The notes under the pieces are model-generated. The model did not search any database and was not told the origin of the DNA. It saw only the letters and a list, made by a program, of their open reading frames with translations. This document shows, one piece after another, positions 1 to 12,578 of a stretch of DNA of 64,000 bases. This stretch comes from Stegostoma tigrinum (taxonomy: Eukaryota). Location of the stretch: positions 20,455,440 to 20,519,439 of the forward strand of contig NC_081371.1 of NCBI RefSeq assembly GCF_030684315.1, read 5' to 3'. The translations under genes were made by a program, and so were the position numbers. Numbering within the stretch: the first letter of the stretch is position 1; every line of letters starts with the position of its first letter.

Positions 1-3000
1 TATTCAAATTCCCTGCTGGTAAATGACTCTGTGAGTCTGTGTCTGCAAATGATGTTCATAGCTTTTCAATTGTCATCCCTGAGTTTGCTGAACAAACTTT
101 ATGCACATCCAACCACTTTGAATGAGCATCCACAACAACCAGGAACATTGAGGCCATGAAAGGACTGGCATAAATTGACATGCAACCCAGTCCAAGGTTT
201 ACCCAGCCATTCCCATTAATGTGGGGATACTGCTAGTGGCAATTTTTGCCCTTGTTGGCACTCTGGGCACTGTCCCACCAATGTAGCTATGTCAGTATAC
301 AACCCTGGCCACCAGACATAGCTTCCTGCCAGCTTCTTCATCTTAGGAAACCCTGCATGACACTGGTTCAACCAGCATCTGGTGGTGACCTTGATTCAGG
401 TCAATCACCCTTGCTCCCCATAAAAATATGTCATCCTCTGGGGTGATCTGGTCCAAAAAAGGTTTCAATCCTAGTTTTGTTTCCGCAATTGCCAACAGTT
501 GTTTCAGTTTCACTAGGACAGGATCTTTTGGTCACCACAGTTGGATGTTGTCTGTGGTGATTGGAAGGATATCCAGAAAGTTTAAAACCAAAACAGATCC
601 TTCCACAGGAGGCACCGTCAATGCAGCATCTGCCAGTGAGAGGCAACTCAATGCATCCACAGTGGCTTCCTGGATGGTGTTCTAACTTATACTTGTACGT
701 GCTGGGAATAAAGGGCCCAATGGTGAACTCTATTGGAAGCTATAGACAGCACCATATTGTCTTCCTTCAGTAGTCATAGCAAGGGTTAGTGATCTGTCAC
801 TATGACAAGTTCTCATCCATAAAGAGGTACTGGTGGAACATCCTCACACCAGAGATGACTGCTAATCCTTCCTTCACTATCTGGGCACGCTTGTGTTTGG
901 CATCAGCCAAAGTCTGAGAAGCACAGGCTTTTGGGCATTCCTCACCATTAATCCACTGGTGAGCTAACACTACCTGATACCACAGAGGGAGGCATCGTAT
1001 TTCAACAATACCTATCAACTGGGATCATAATGTGCCAACACTTTAGATGACAATAACTGCTTTTTCACTTCCCTAAAGGCTGCTTCTTGGCGGCACAACC
1101 ATTTCCAAGGCTGACCTTTTTTTAATAGCAGGTATAAGAATCCAAGATGGAGGCCTGGTGACATATGAATTTTCCATAGTAATTTACGAACACAAAGAAA
1201 GACCTAAGCTCCAGTACAGAAATGAGAACCAGAACTCATTTCATCGCCCTCACTTTCCTCGAACAGGTGTCACCCGGTTTTACCAACTGTGTACCCACAT
1301 AGGTCATTTGGGATGCCTGGAATGCATTCTTCCTGTCTAAGGCATACACCAATGTAGGAGAAACATTTAAATATTACATCCAAGTGCTCTTCCTTGTCAT
1401 TAGTACATCATCCAGATAAGTGGCAAAGGGGTAGCTCTTATAAAATATTCATGGTCCACTGGAAAAGAGCACAAGCTGATGATACCCCAAATGGCAGTTT
1501 TGTATTTTGATATTACAGGTATTAATTGTAGTGTACTTCTGGGACTCCTCATCCAGTCACAACTGCAGGTAGGCATAGCTCATCCCCAGATTTGTAGAGG
1601 CCAATTTTGTCTACAAGTCCTCTATTTGAGGGATTGTGTATTTATCCAGGTGAGAGAAGCGGTTACTGTTTGTTTAAAATCCCCACAAAGGCAAATTGAA
1701 TCATCAAAAATCAGTGCCGCCCATTCTGCAAACTGCACTGGTTTGATTATTCATTTGATCTCCAGCCTCCCGCTTTCAGCCTCTACTTAAGCCTGGAAGG
1801 AAAATCTCAGAACAACATGTAAAGTAGCTTTTGTCCCTTTGATAGTCCTAAACCCTGCTTGAAAAGGCTCTAGGGTATTTCACTAGGACTTCACTAAGGC
1901 AGCCATTTTCCAATCAAAAAATGCTGAGCCAATCTAGTTGAATTTTAGTCAACCAATTCCATCCCAATATACTAGGTCAACACTTTTACTACCATCATGG
2001 TAACTGTACCAACTACTACTCATAGGGGACTAGAACCAAAGTCATACCTGAATTTGCAACAGATTGCCAGTATATGTTCTCAGTCTGGCTGAGGTCTTGC
2101 TCAAGCTTAAAGGTTGGAGTACCAGCAAATCTTGTCAAAGACAGATTCTGCAACCACAGATACAGCTGCACCAGTATCAAACTCCATGGGAACTGATTGA
2201 CTATTTAACCACATTAATTTTAATTGGTTCCAATTTGGGTGTCACAAAACAATTTAAGTATTCCAACCCACATGCAGAGGGATTTTCTAGAATGCGCACT
2301 TTCCTCTGTACCTGCCTATGAGTTTTCTTACTCAAGCCAGGCCTTGTCAGACTCCCCTGCTGTCTCAAGTCTACATACCAGCAGCAGCTACAATGGCTCA
2401 TCAACCCACATCCTGAAGAACTGTTCAGCCACTTGGCTGAGGCTCAGCTTTGTTGTGGGTTGGCCAAAGGTCCCTCTGCTCAAGGAATCTCCTGTATGAG
2501 GCTTGGCAATTGTCTAAACTGAAGTGGTGTTCCCCAAGCTGTTGGACAAGTGAAGGTATCCACTTCCATTGGGGTGCTCTGTAGTTCCCATCCTCTACAG
2601 ATCATAATTTCTAATGGCAAGGCCAGTTGCAGTGACTGTTTGAAGGTTTGGTTGGGTTTCAGCTAGTATAGACTTCTACATAGTTAGATCATTAATTCCA
2701 TATATCAATCAGCATCTAAGGCAGGCTTAACCCAAAAATCACATGCTTCTGCCAGTCATTGTAACATCAAAAATCTCAACATGAATTCCCCTCAGTTCTC
2801 TAACAGAAATAAAACAGTTAGCAACTCTGGATTAGAGGCAGTTTGGGGTCACTATATTCCTTAACCAGCTCTGTCAACTCCTGAAAGGTTTTAGTGTCTT
2901 GTGCCACTGGGAAATTTAAGCCCCTTATAACTGAAGATGCTGCAGGTCCACATGCAGTCAGAAGGATTACACTGATACTTCAATGTAATTTTCCCAGAAA

Positions 3001-3075
3001 AACAACACCACATTCTTTCCACATACTGGGCCCAATCTTCAACAGCAGGGTCAAATACATCACACATCCCATATA
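1..3075 (-). mobile_element. Degenerate Gypsy/Ty3 LTR retrotransposon internal region (gag-pol remnant, runs off the window start)
   Basis: Minus-strand remnants in Gypsy order: gag N-terminus (FDPAVEDWAQYVERM, ~3020-3060), RNase H (GEECPKACASQTLADAKHKRAQIVKEGLAVISGVRMFHQYL, ORF 800-1018), integrase (ARSYVWWPGL...VVVDAHSKWLD, ~110-330). Many stops and frameshifts. Confidence 0.85.
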
Positions 3076-3080
3076 GAGGT

Positions 3081-4175
3081 ATCAGAGATAATGGGAGCTG
3101 CAGATACTGGAGAATCTAAGATAACAAAGTGTGGAGCTGGATGAACACAGCAGGCCAAGCAGCATCTCAGGAGCACAAAAGCTGACATTTCGGGCCTAGG
3201 CCCTTCATCAGAGAGGGGGATGAGGAGAGGGAACTGGAATAAATAAGGAGAGAGGGGGAGGCGGACCGAAGATGGAGAGAAAACAAGATAGGTAGAGAGG
3301 AGAGTATAGGTGGGGAGGTAGGGAGGGGATAGGTCAGTCCAGGGAAGATGGACAGGTCAAGGAGGTGGGATGAGGTGGTAGGTAGGAAGTGGAGGTGTGG
3401 CTTGAGGTGGGAGGAATGGATGGGTGAGAGGAAGAACAGGTTAGGGAGGCAGAGACAGGCTGGGCTGGTTTTGGGACACTGTGGGGAGAGGGGAAGAGCT
3501 GGGCTGGTTTTGGGAGGCTGGGGAGATTTTGAAGCTTGTGAAGTCCACATTGATGCCAATGGGCTGCAGGGTTCCCAAGCGGAATGAGTTGCTGTTCCTG
3601 CAACCTTCGGGTGGCATCATTGTGGCACTGCAGGAGGCCCACGATGGACACGTCATCTGAGGAATGGGAGGGGGAGTTGAAATGGTTCGCGACTGGGAGG
3701 TGCAGTCGTTTGTTGCGAACAGAGCAGAGGTGTTCTGCAAAGCAGTCCCCAAGCCTCCGCTTAGCTTCCCCAATGTAGAGGAAGCCACACCGGGTGCAAT
3801 GGATACAATATACCACATTGGCAGATGTGCAGGTGAACACCTGCTTGATGTGGAAGGTCATCTTGAGGCCTGGGATGGAGGGTGAGGGAGGAGATGTGGG
3901 GGCAAGTGTAGCACTTCCTGCGGTTGCAGTGGAAGGTGCCAGGTGTGGTGGGGTTCGAGGGGATTGTGGAGTGGACAAGGGAGTCGCGGAGAGAGTGGTC
4001 TCTCCGGAAGGCAGAGAAGAGTGGGGATGGAAAAATTGCTTGGGTGGTGGGGTCGGCTTGGAGATGGCGGAAGTGTCGGAGGATGATACGTTGTATCTGT
4101 AGGAGGATGGTGGGGTGGTATGAGAGAATGAGGGGGATCCTCTGGGGGCAGTTGTGGCAGGGGCAGGGTGTGAGG
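3081..4175 (-). mobile_element. Neptune-type Penelope-like element, 3' fragment (Cys linker, GIY-YIG endonuclease, pLTR with tail)
   Basis: CNRRKCYTCPH linker; NVVYCIHCTRCGFLYIGEAKRRLGDCFAEH...VANHFN GIY-YIG motif; the terminal repeat is shared with many other copies in the window. Confidence 0.9.
3181..3213 (-). ncRNA. Minimal type I hammerhead ribozyme motif in PLE pLTR
   Basis: Minus strand reads CU-CUGAUGA-A-GGGCCUAGGCCC-GAAA-UGUC-AG. Core intact; stem II is a perfect 12-nt palindrome; stem III has a C>U change. Confidence 0.6.
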
Positions 4176-4217
4176 CAACACTGTGACAATACTGTGCAGC
4201 ACTGTGACAATACTGTG
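4176..4217. repeat. 21-bp tandem duplication at an element junction
   Basis: caacactgtgacaatactgtg / cagcactgtgacaatactgtg, 1 mismatch. Confidence 0.9.
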
Positions 4218-4835
4218 GTTTTAAGAGGTGTATTTTGTTCTGTTTCTTTTTATGAAGGAAGGTTGACACAAAGATACCGAGTGGTATGCTCAAAGCCAGT
4301 AATGTAAACAGCTTGTGAGGCCTTGGTTTCTTTTTTAAGTTAGAGTAGTTGACGCAGCCTGAAATGGGTGGGGGTGCCAAAGCGCCGACAGAATTAAATT
4401 TTTCAGTTTTGGCTTTCTGCAATTGCTGGTCTTGAAGCTAGATGTGGAAGTTGTTATTCCTCTCTCTGTTATAGCACAAAGCTGGTGTTCTCTTCCTGCT
4501 GCTAGAAATGCATGTGAAACAGATCTATTTTACTGAATTTGCCTTTAAAAAGGGTGTGTTTATGGGATGATACTATATTGGAACAGTTAATTAGCAGTAG
4601 TTAATATATATTGTTAAGCATGTCAACAGAGGTGCAGTGAAGCCAATTCTTTTCTTTTATTTCTGTTTTGTCTATATTTTAACTGTAGTGTAAAAACATT
4701 GTGTGTTTTGCTTAACATTAAGCAATTTGACCAAACAAATTGTATCTGGAATGCAACACCTGACACTTACCTTTAAAATAAGGAAGAGTTAGGGTCTAGA
4801 ATACCTTATTAGTGTATTTGAAGGTATTTGGTTTA
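4203..4835. mobile_element. Probable solo LTR
   Basis: Starts TGTGAC, non-coding, ~630 bp; resembles interspersed shark LTRs by recollection only; the 3' CA end is not clear. Confidence 0.35.
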
Positions 4836-7800
4836 TTCTTCGGATGTAATGTAGTAACTGGCACTGTATTCTGACAGACACTTTGATGAAGGACATCCCT
4901 TCACCCTGGCTGAACAGCCCGAAGCTGGACTCTGGCAGATCTAGGGAGGTCTAGTAGGTCCTTTGTGGGATGCAGCACTGGGAAGGAAAGTTGGAGTTCT
5001 TAAGTTAACTTTTTCTCTAGTCTTATTCTAAGTTAATGTGAATAGCACCATGTGTGTATGGCAAAGGTACGCATTTTTCAGTGTATTTTCACATTGAATA
5101 TGCATGACAATAAATGATTCAATTCAATTCCATTCATGCAGAGGTCCACAAAAAGGTATTCCTCTGATCTGAGAGATTAGTAAATTCTTTATCAGGAATA
5201 AAGTGAGGCCAGTAAAAAGAAATATCATGCAATGTGCATTCTCCACAATTGCTGCCTTACTATCCTTTTCTCCTTCCTTCTATAGTAAAAAGAAAGCAAG
5301 AAAATCTAATGACTGATCATATGGCATCTCCACTATTATGGGTTAACATTTGAAACATACATTCTCATTCAGGCTAAGGTAGCTCCAATTTATTTGGATT
5401 AACATTAAATGTTTTGTCATTCCTACCCTCACTGTCATGATCGTGATACATTGAACTATATGGTAGCTTCAGTATGCACACGAAAAATGTACAAGGTTCA
5501 AAATTAAATCCTGGTAGAGCCAAATACAAGGTGGAACTGTGTCCCATGTTACAAAACTGCTGGCATATTATATTTAAACCCCAAACTTAATTCAGTGTTA
5601 GTGAATTTGGTTCCAATTTGTGCCCAATTCATTCATGCTTTGTATTCCACTATTTATCTGTCCTTTGTGGATAAGGGGAAATTATACTTCTTTCCAAGTG
5701 ATGAACACATCAAGAGAAAATAGCAAAGCTCCAGTGCTTTTCCATCTATTGTTTACAGCTTACAAGATAAAATTTTGGTCTACAATCATTGTCATATTTC
5801 AAGTGGAATGATAAAACGATGGTGAAATAAATTATTATTCATCATCAAAGCATCAAGGCAAGTCTCTGCATGAAACAACAATAAATGAATTAACATAAAG
5901 AAAAAGACAATGGCTGCCACAGAAAGCAACTAATTTTGATGCAATAGTGGTATATTGGGTCACAATCGAGCACACAGGGTTTTGTGACGTTAACAGTTGG
6001 CATGGCAAATTCTAAACTAGAATGGATATATGATCACCTCAGTTACAATATTCTTGGTGTATGCTTGAATAAGAATTTAGCAACATAGGCATTGCTCAAT
6101 GAATTCAAAGGTCATCTTGCTCACTTCTAATCATCCTGGTAGTCACTTGATGCAATGAAAATGGACTAATGCAGATTAATTTTCAATTTATTTGCCTTTC
6201 AAATGCAGTCCACATTCTCTGGCTGTACTACTATAAACAAAATGAAATAGCTTGTCACAGTATACATTATCCAGTCTCTTCAATAAGATAGATTATGTTT
6301 GCTTTGCTCATACTCTGTTGTGTTGTCTCTATGTATTCAAAAGTCATTGCTCAATTCAAAGGAGAAGACAATTAGCCTAAGACAAATCTTGAGGAAGAAA
6401 AGCGAGGAGAAAAAGACCCTGCTCTTCCATTATCTCTGCTCTTCCATTATTTAGACTGACAGTACAGCTAACTGATTTGATGTGGAGTCTAACCACAATT
6501 TTATGTAGTATCATGCTGACAGCATTTGATTCATCTAATTTAACTTGCTCAATCTTTAATCACCATTTCGTTGAAAGATACGCAAAGCATGAGAGGCCTA
6601 ATTACCTTTCCACAGAACCCTCAGACATGGTCTCAACAAAAACCATTGGCATCAAGGTGACCTTCAGTTGACAAACATCAACAGTGTTGAAAAACTAATG
6701 TTTAGGATGCACCATAGAAGCAGTGGATTTCACGATACAGCTGCTTGAGAAATTGCTGAGCTCCTTCAAAAAAAGTCTGTAAAGTATTTGAACAAGTGCC
6801 CTACTTTCCTATTAGCAATAATATTCCTCAGTGAAAGTAAGATTTCTAAATAAAGCCACTCCCTATCACCCACCATAAACAGCATTTCTGCATAATGCCT
6901 TTTTGATATGACTTTAGATAAGCAAATTAATGTGAGTTAAAAAATGCTGTATCTAGAAGTCCATTTGTTTCTGTCAAAAGATTTAGTAAAATCTTTTCTA
7001 AATCATCTATCTTACAGTAAATCGCCTGTTCTTGATAGTTTCAATTATTGCTGTATTACTTAATTGGAAATTAGTTGTATCAGATTGCCCGCATGCCTGG
7101 TTTGGACACTTTGTGGCGTTTGCTTAAGAACAGAAGTATATCTATTCTGACTCACTGGGGGTCATCTTGAATGGAAGACTGTTTAACATTTGCATCATCA
7201 AAAGCTTCTTTGTCATAAAAGTACTGCTGTCACAATGCACCCTCAGTTAAATGTTCCAACATGCCTGTCAAGTCAGTTTTGATTTCCACAGTGATATTCA
7301 GAGGGACTTTCTAGATAACTTCAACAAAATAGCAGGGTAGCATTTGTATCTTCATGAGGGGTAGGTCTATGTAAGTACACAGGGGAGAATTTCAGTGACA
7401 TTCCAACCTGATTGTGTAACCATCACTGGGAGACAGAGGTACTAAACCAGCCTGTGGCTATTAAAGAGCATGTAAGCAGCTATACATACAGCTAGCCATC
7501 AAGAAGGGAGAATTGAGAAATGAGTGCAGAGGTAGAAAAAGCCTGAGCTGCATTAGAACATTGATGACTGCACTACCTATAATGGATAACAAGTAAACAA
7601 ACGATGTCTTCCTGTCGAATGATTATGAATTATATCAATTTAAATAATTTATTTTTAATCTATTAAATGGCTAAACCTGTGCATTCTTTGCAGAGGAAAG
7701 ACGTGCAAAACCACAGCAAAAGAATGACCACAGGAAGAGGAATGGTGAGTGACAGGTCAATCAGCAAGAGGAGACAGCTCTGAAATGCTCGGCAGACAAT

Positions 7801-8269
7801 GGAACTGGTGCAGTTGCAGCTGCAGGAACACTTCCAGGTTCAGGTTGAAATGGGAAAGAACATTCATTGTTGACTTTCCGATGGCTTGAAACAACTCTTG
7901 TTATTGCTCAGCTGCATTGTGTGACTAACATATCAGACCCTAATTCCCTAAAATTAATTTCCCTTGTGTTCCCCACAGGAACTGGCAAAGCCAGAATTAT
8001 CCATTGGTTTGAACCCGCCCAATCTAATACATGACATCAAGCAGCGAACCAAATAAATCTACAGTGATCTATAGGGCTGAAGGGATTATGATGATAGAAA
8101 GGAAAATATGAGTGAATCACAGAGCACAAATGAACAGGAAGAGCTTGAAAGAAATAATGAGAAAACTGCAAAATTCTCCCAAAAAGGGTTGAGATGACTA
8201 GACTCAGCTGAACTACCCGGGGACCAAGATGCCGGGATTTTTTTTTAACAGCTTAATGATTGAGAAACA

Positions 8270-8700
8270 TAGATCTCATGTACAGGTAATGAAGCCAATC
8301 TCCTTTCACATGGTGCAGATGGTGGCAAACTTGCAGGACCTCGCCTTTCAGCAACAAACCGATTGGGGATATTTAGCATGGAATAAATAAAAGCTTTGTA
8401 GCAGTCAGCTGTTCACTTCAACTTCAAGTCGTCAGTAATCGGAAGGGAAGTATCATGCTACATGTAATTGAAGTTACTTCATCATATTAACCACAGACAA
8501 TGTTGCACTGCTGGCAATGAGGGACTACCATATCAGCTTCCAACAGTTGACACATTTCCATGACAGTATTAGGAAGTCTGCACTGCCTTAAGACATTATC
8601 TTTTAGAAAAATCAAGATAGATCCTCTGTGCTCTTGAAAACCTGTGGCTTAAGATCTGAAAGTTGGCTGTTGTCTGAGTGAATGCAGCTCCTGGCTTGCA
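8270..8700 (-). mobile_element. PIF/Harbinger transposase fossil (N-terminal part)
   Basis: Frameshifted minus-strand translation PQVF/RAQRIYLDFSKR*CL/CRLPNTVMEMCQLLEADM resembles the Harbinger transposase N-terminus and the copy at 22.5 kb. Confidence 0.5.
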
Positions 8701-9940
8701 TAATTTCTTTCTCCATATCCTCTTCCACAAAATCACAGAGAAAAAAAAATTTCACAGCATTATACAGAATTCCATTTAAATTCTCAACAAGTTTCACAAA
8801 GTACCTTCAAATATTTTTCATCGGAACTTTTCTTGATTTTTCACTTCATCTTATTTACTTTGAATGATATTTTAGAAGATAATCTAGCCTTGGTGGTATG
8901 AGATTATTAGGAGTAGGCAGTTGCTAACTGAATTTGGTGTAGAACCAAGCTTGATAGCTGAATGTCCAAGAAAAGTTTAGCAGGATATGGGATATAGTCT
9001 GATACAAATACGTCTGCATTTGCGGTCAGCTATTAGGAGAGAAGGAATTTCCTTATTCATAGCATTGTGAGGAAAATATGTGCTCTTGGCTAAACAAATA
9101 GTTGAACTGACCAGTCTAGCTGAATACAAAAGAAGTTGAAGTTTTAGCATTACTTAAGTATGATTCACTGTCTGTAGGCTGTTTGAATGTTTATCTCTGG
9201 TTGTGTAATTAATAGGAGACAAATTGGAGCTGAATACTGACCTAAACCTGTTAGGAACACAACGGATGGCTGCAATGGATGTTGGCACCCCTGGAAAGTG
9301 GCAGAGGTTTGATTAACCTGAACAAAATTAAACAACTTACTTGTTGAAATGTGTTGAGTATATGCTGGTAGCCTACTGCAATAACTCCAAGCACAACTAA
9401 TGCAGGCAGAGGTATCAGATCATCACAGGTTGTCATCAGGAAACAAGTGGGACTGGTTGAATTTTTTTTGGTTAATGAAGGATAGCAAAAGGCGCTAACC
9501 ATTCAGTGATTTATTTTTAATCCAGAAAGCATATCTATTGACCAGGATACTTGATGTACCACGATGAGAGTTCACACATCACATAGTTGACCAAATAGCA
9601 TCACCTGCTCAAAGGTTGGCACGTCAGATCATATGATTAGCAATGTGACTGAGATTAGAGTGAGTCATTCAGTGGGATAATTGTTCAATTTCCATATCAG
9701 TTGTGAAGACAAGGAGAAGTTGTAGAAACAAGTATGCCAAGTCCCAGCATCCTTTCACCTTATAACAGGTAGTTTGCTCAAACGTTAAACACACATGTAG
9801 AACACCAAACTGCAATGTGCACAGCCATGTGCATGGTCAATGAGACCATAGCCATCAGAAATTACAGAGGGTGCCAATTATGAAGAAAATAGTTCTGTCC
9901 GAAAGTAGTCCAAATCTTCTGTGTAGGTTAAGTAACCTGT

Positions 9941-10467
9941 GAAGGTTGCAGGAACAGCAACTCATATTCCGCTTGGGAACCCTGCAGCCCAATGGTATCA
10001 ATGTGGACTTCACAAGCTTCAAAATCTCCCCTGCCTCCCAAAACCAGCCCAGTTCGTCCTCTCCCCCACTGCATCCCAAAACCAGCCCAGCCTGTCTCCG
10101 CCTCCCTAACCTGTTCTTCCTCTCACCCATCCCGTCCTCCCACCTCAAGCCGCACCTCCATTTCCTACCTACTAACCTCATCCCGCCTCCTTGATCTGTC
10201 TGTCTTCCCTGGACTGACCTATCCCCTCCCTACCTCCCCACCTATACTCTCCTCTCTACCTATCTTCTTTTCTCTCCATCTTTGGTCCGTCTCCCTCTCT
10301 CTCCCTATTTATTCCAGAACCCTCTCCCCATTCCCCTCTCTGTTGAAGTGTCTAGGCCCGAAACGTCAGCTCTTGTGCTCCTGAGATGCTGCTTGGCCTG
10401 CTGTGTTCATCCAGCTCCACACTTTGTTATCTTGGATTCTTCAGCATCTGCAGTTCCCATTATCACT
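9941..10467 (+). mobile_element. Neptune-type PLE 3' fragment with mutated hammerhead
   Basis: LQEQQLIFRLGTLQPNGINVDF endonuclease C-terminus, pyrimidine-rich tract and pLTR. The core reads CUGUUGA at 10340-10346 instead of CUGAUGA. Confidence 0.9.
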
Positions 10468-11542
10468 AATCCAAAATGAATTGTAGGTTGGCTTTAAATT
10501 TAGTGAAGCTACAAATAAGATTTTTAAAAAATTCCACTCCTTAATATTTTAAGTGTTAACTTATTTAAATTAAAAGGCTTCACCACCAAGAAAGATCAGT
10601 GTTGAGAGAAATGCATTTGTACCTACTATAGCAACTGTCTTTCAATAGTTAAGTGACCTCTGCTTCTGTTGTCCTTGGGTGCACTCTATGGTAGCCATTA
10701 AACACACGTCACTTGTAACATGGTGTCAGGAATGGTACTACTGAAAATGTGTAGACTTTCAGAGCTGTACAAGAGTCAGTTACTAAAAAATCAGCAAGGA
10801 AGAAGTTAAAAACAACAGTCTGCAACCTTGAATTACTGGGCAAGTCAAAATGGTTAAGCATTTTACACACCCTGCTGCTGTGGAAATGAAAGGAGAAATG
10901 AGATACAGTTAGAATTTTTCCCTACTCTAAGTGACAAAACTATTAAATACCACTGGCAATTTTAAAAATGAACACAGAGAGCTGTAACCCTGCTATCCCT
11001 GCTGGGGAAATAGAGTTACAAGCTATGTTTTAGCCTACATCTCGCTGAAGAGTAAACAAACCAGATAAGAGAGATTTAACAGGGTTTGAAGACACATTTT
11101 GAACTTCATATTAAATTACTTATGAATAGTTTTTATTCAACACTAGAGCTCAAGGGGAAGAGGGAGACTATTGATCGGCATATGGCTGTTACTGATACAT
11201 CTAGCTGAATCCTGAGAGTTTGGGCAACTGAAGGATGATCTCAGAGATAGGACTGCCTTAGGCATAAGAAATTCTGTTGTGAGAGTACGTCCACTGAGAG
11301 AGGAGAAATGTATTCTCAAGAAAGCAATTGATATATGCGGAAGCTCTCAGGTAGTCAATCATGAACTAAAGTATATTAATGGGACAACAGGTAAGGCTTT
11401 GCATTATGCTGAGAGACATTTCAGGCTAAATGAGAATAATTAAAAGGGAAGAAACATTTGTGGAAAAGACTGGAACCAAATATGGAATGTAAAATAAAGC
11501 AAAGGCTGTAATATAAAAGAAACTGAAGCAAGTTCACAAACA

Positions 11543-11640
11543 CAAACCAAAATTGCTGGAAAAACTCAGCATGTTTGGCAGCATCTGTAGAAAGAAAACA
11601 GAGAGAAAACAATGTTTCGGGTCCAGTGATCCTCCTTAAG
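11543..11640 (-). mobile_element. Short PLE pLTR-derived element (family B), decayed hammerhead
   Basis: Reverse-complement similarity to 47736-47835 (gggtcaccggacccgaaacgttaac...gatgctgccaga...ttttccagcaa). Confidence 0.6.
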
Positions 11641-11758
11641 AAGCTGTTCACTATGGGGAAAGTAATGCTCTAACTGGAAGAAGCTAAATCACTTTGCACA
11701 CAAGTACTTAGCTAAAATGAAGCAAAATGAGGTTAAACAGATTGCTGTTTCAGCAGTG

Positions 11759-11886
11759 GAGAGAGAGAGATAATGGGAACTGCAGATGCTGGAGATTCCA
11801 AGATAATAAAATGTGAGGCTGGATGAACACAGCAGGCCAAGCAGCATCTCAGGAGCACAAAAGCTGACGTTTCGGGCCTAGACCCT
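11759..11886 (-). mobile_element. Neptune pLTR fragment with 13-bp TSD, nested in the Gypsy element
   Basis: tgtttcagcagtg at 11746-11758 and 11887-11899; truncated inside the hammerhead core. Confidence 0.85.
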
Positions 11887-12530
11887 TGTTTCAGCAGTGT
11901 TGGCCAATGATTCTGATAAATCACTCTACACCATGGACAGGTTGGTGTCATCAAATCTAACACGGGTAAGTGATTTGTAATTGTGAAAACAATGACTGTA
12001 GAAGGAGAACATCAGTGAATTTGAAGTGGCAGATAGGCACAATGCTTTGCGCAACATCATGAGCTCTGCAGATTAGTACAGAGTTGTCAAGTTGGAGACC
12101 TAAAAATGAAGACCTAAAAGATAGATGATGGAACATTACTCATCCCAGGGGACAATCAAAGCTAAAAGCCTAGTGCAATGGAAATATGAGGTTCCAGAGA
12201 TCCAGATAGTAAAGATTAAGCGAAATCTCAACTGAAGCATGTCTAAAACTTGGACTGTTAATCCTAAATATTCTAAACTAGATGTAGAGTATTTTACAGG
12301 CCACTCAGCCATTGACAGCTGAATAGATCCTAAAAGATTACAGTTCTTGTATGTCTTCCAAGTAAATATCATCTTGAAGTAGGTGAGACCAACTCAGGAT
12401 AGTTAAAAAGAGCTCCAGATACCCGCAAGTGCAGTCTGAAAGATAAGATAGAAGAACTAGGAAAAAAGGTAATAATTCAGTAACAGACAAGACTAGCAGC
12501 ATGGTAGCAGCTGGAAAACTGGAAAAAATT

Positions 12531-12578
12531 TGTGTGTGTTTGTGTGTGTGTGTGTGCGCACACGCACACACACACGTG
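12531..12578. repeat. (TG)n/(CA)n inverted microsatellite
   Basis: tgtgtgtgtttgtgtgtgtgtgtgtgcgcacacgcacacacacacgtg. Confidence 0.9.

Noticed and set aside
3334-4422. 362-aa ORF as a novel Pro/Ser-rich GIY-YIG gene
   Set aside because: Chimeric frame across an LTR-like repeat and a frameshifted Neptune PLE; only part is in the true endonuclease frame.
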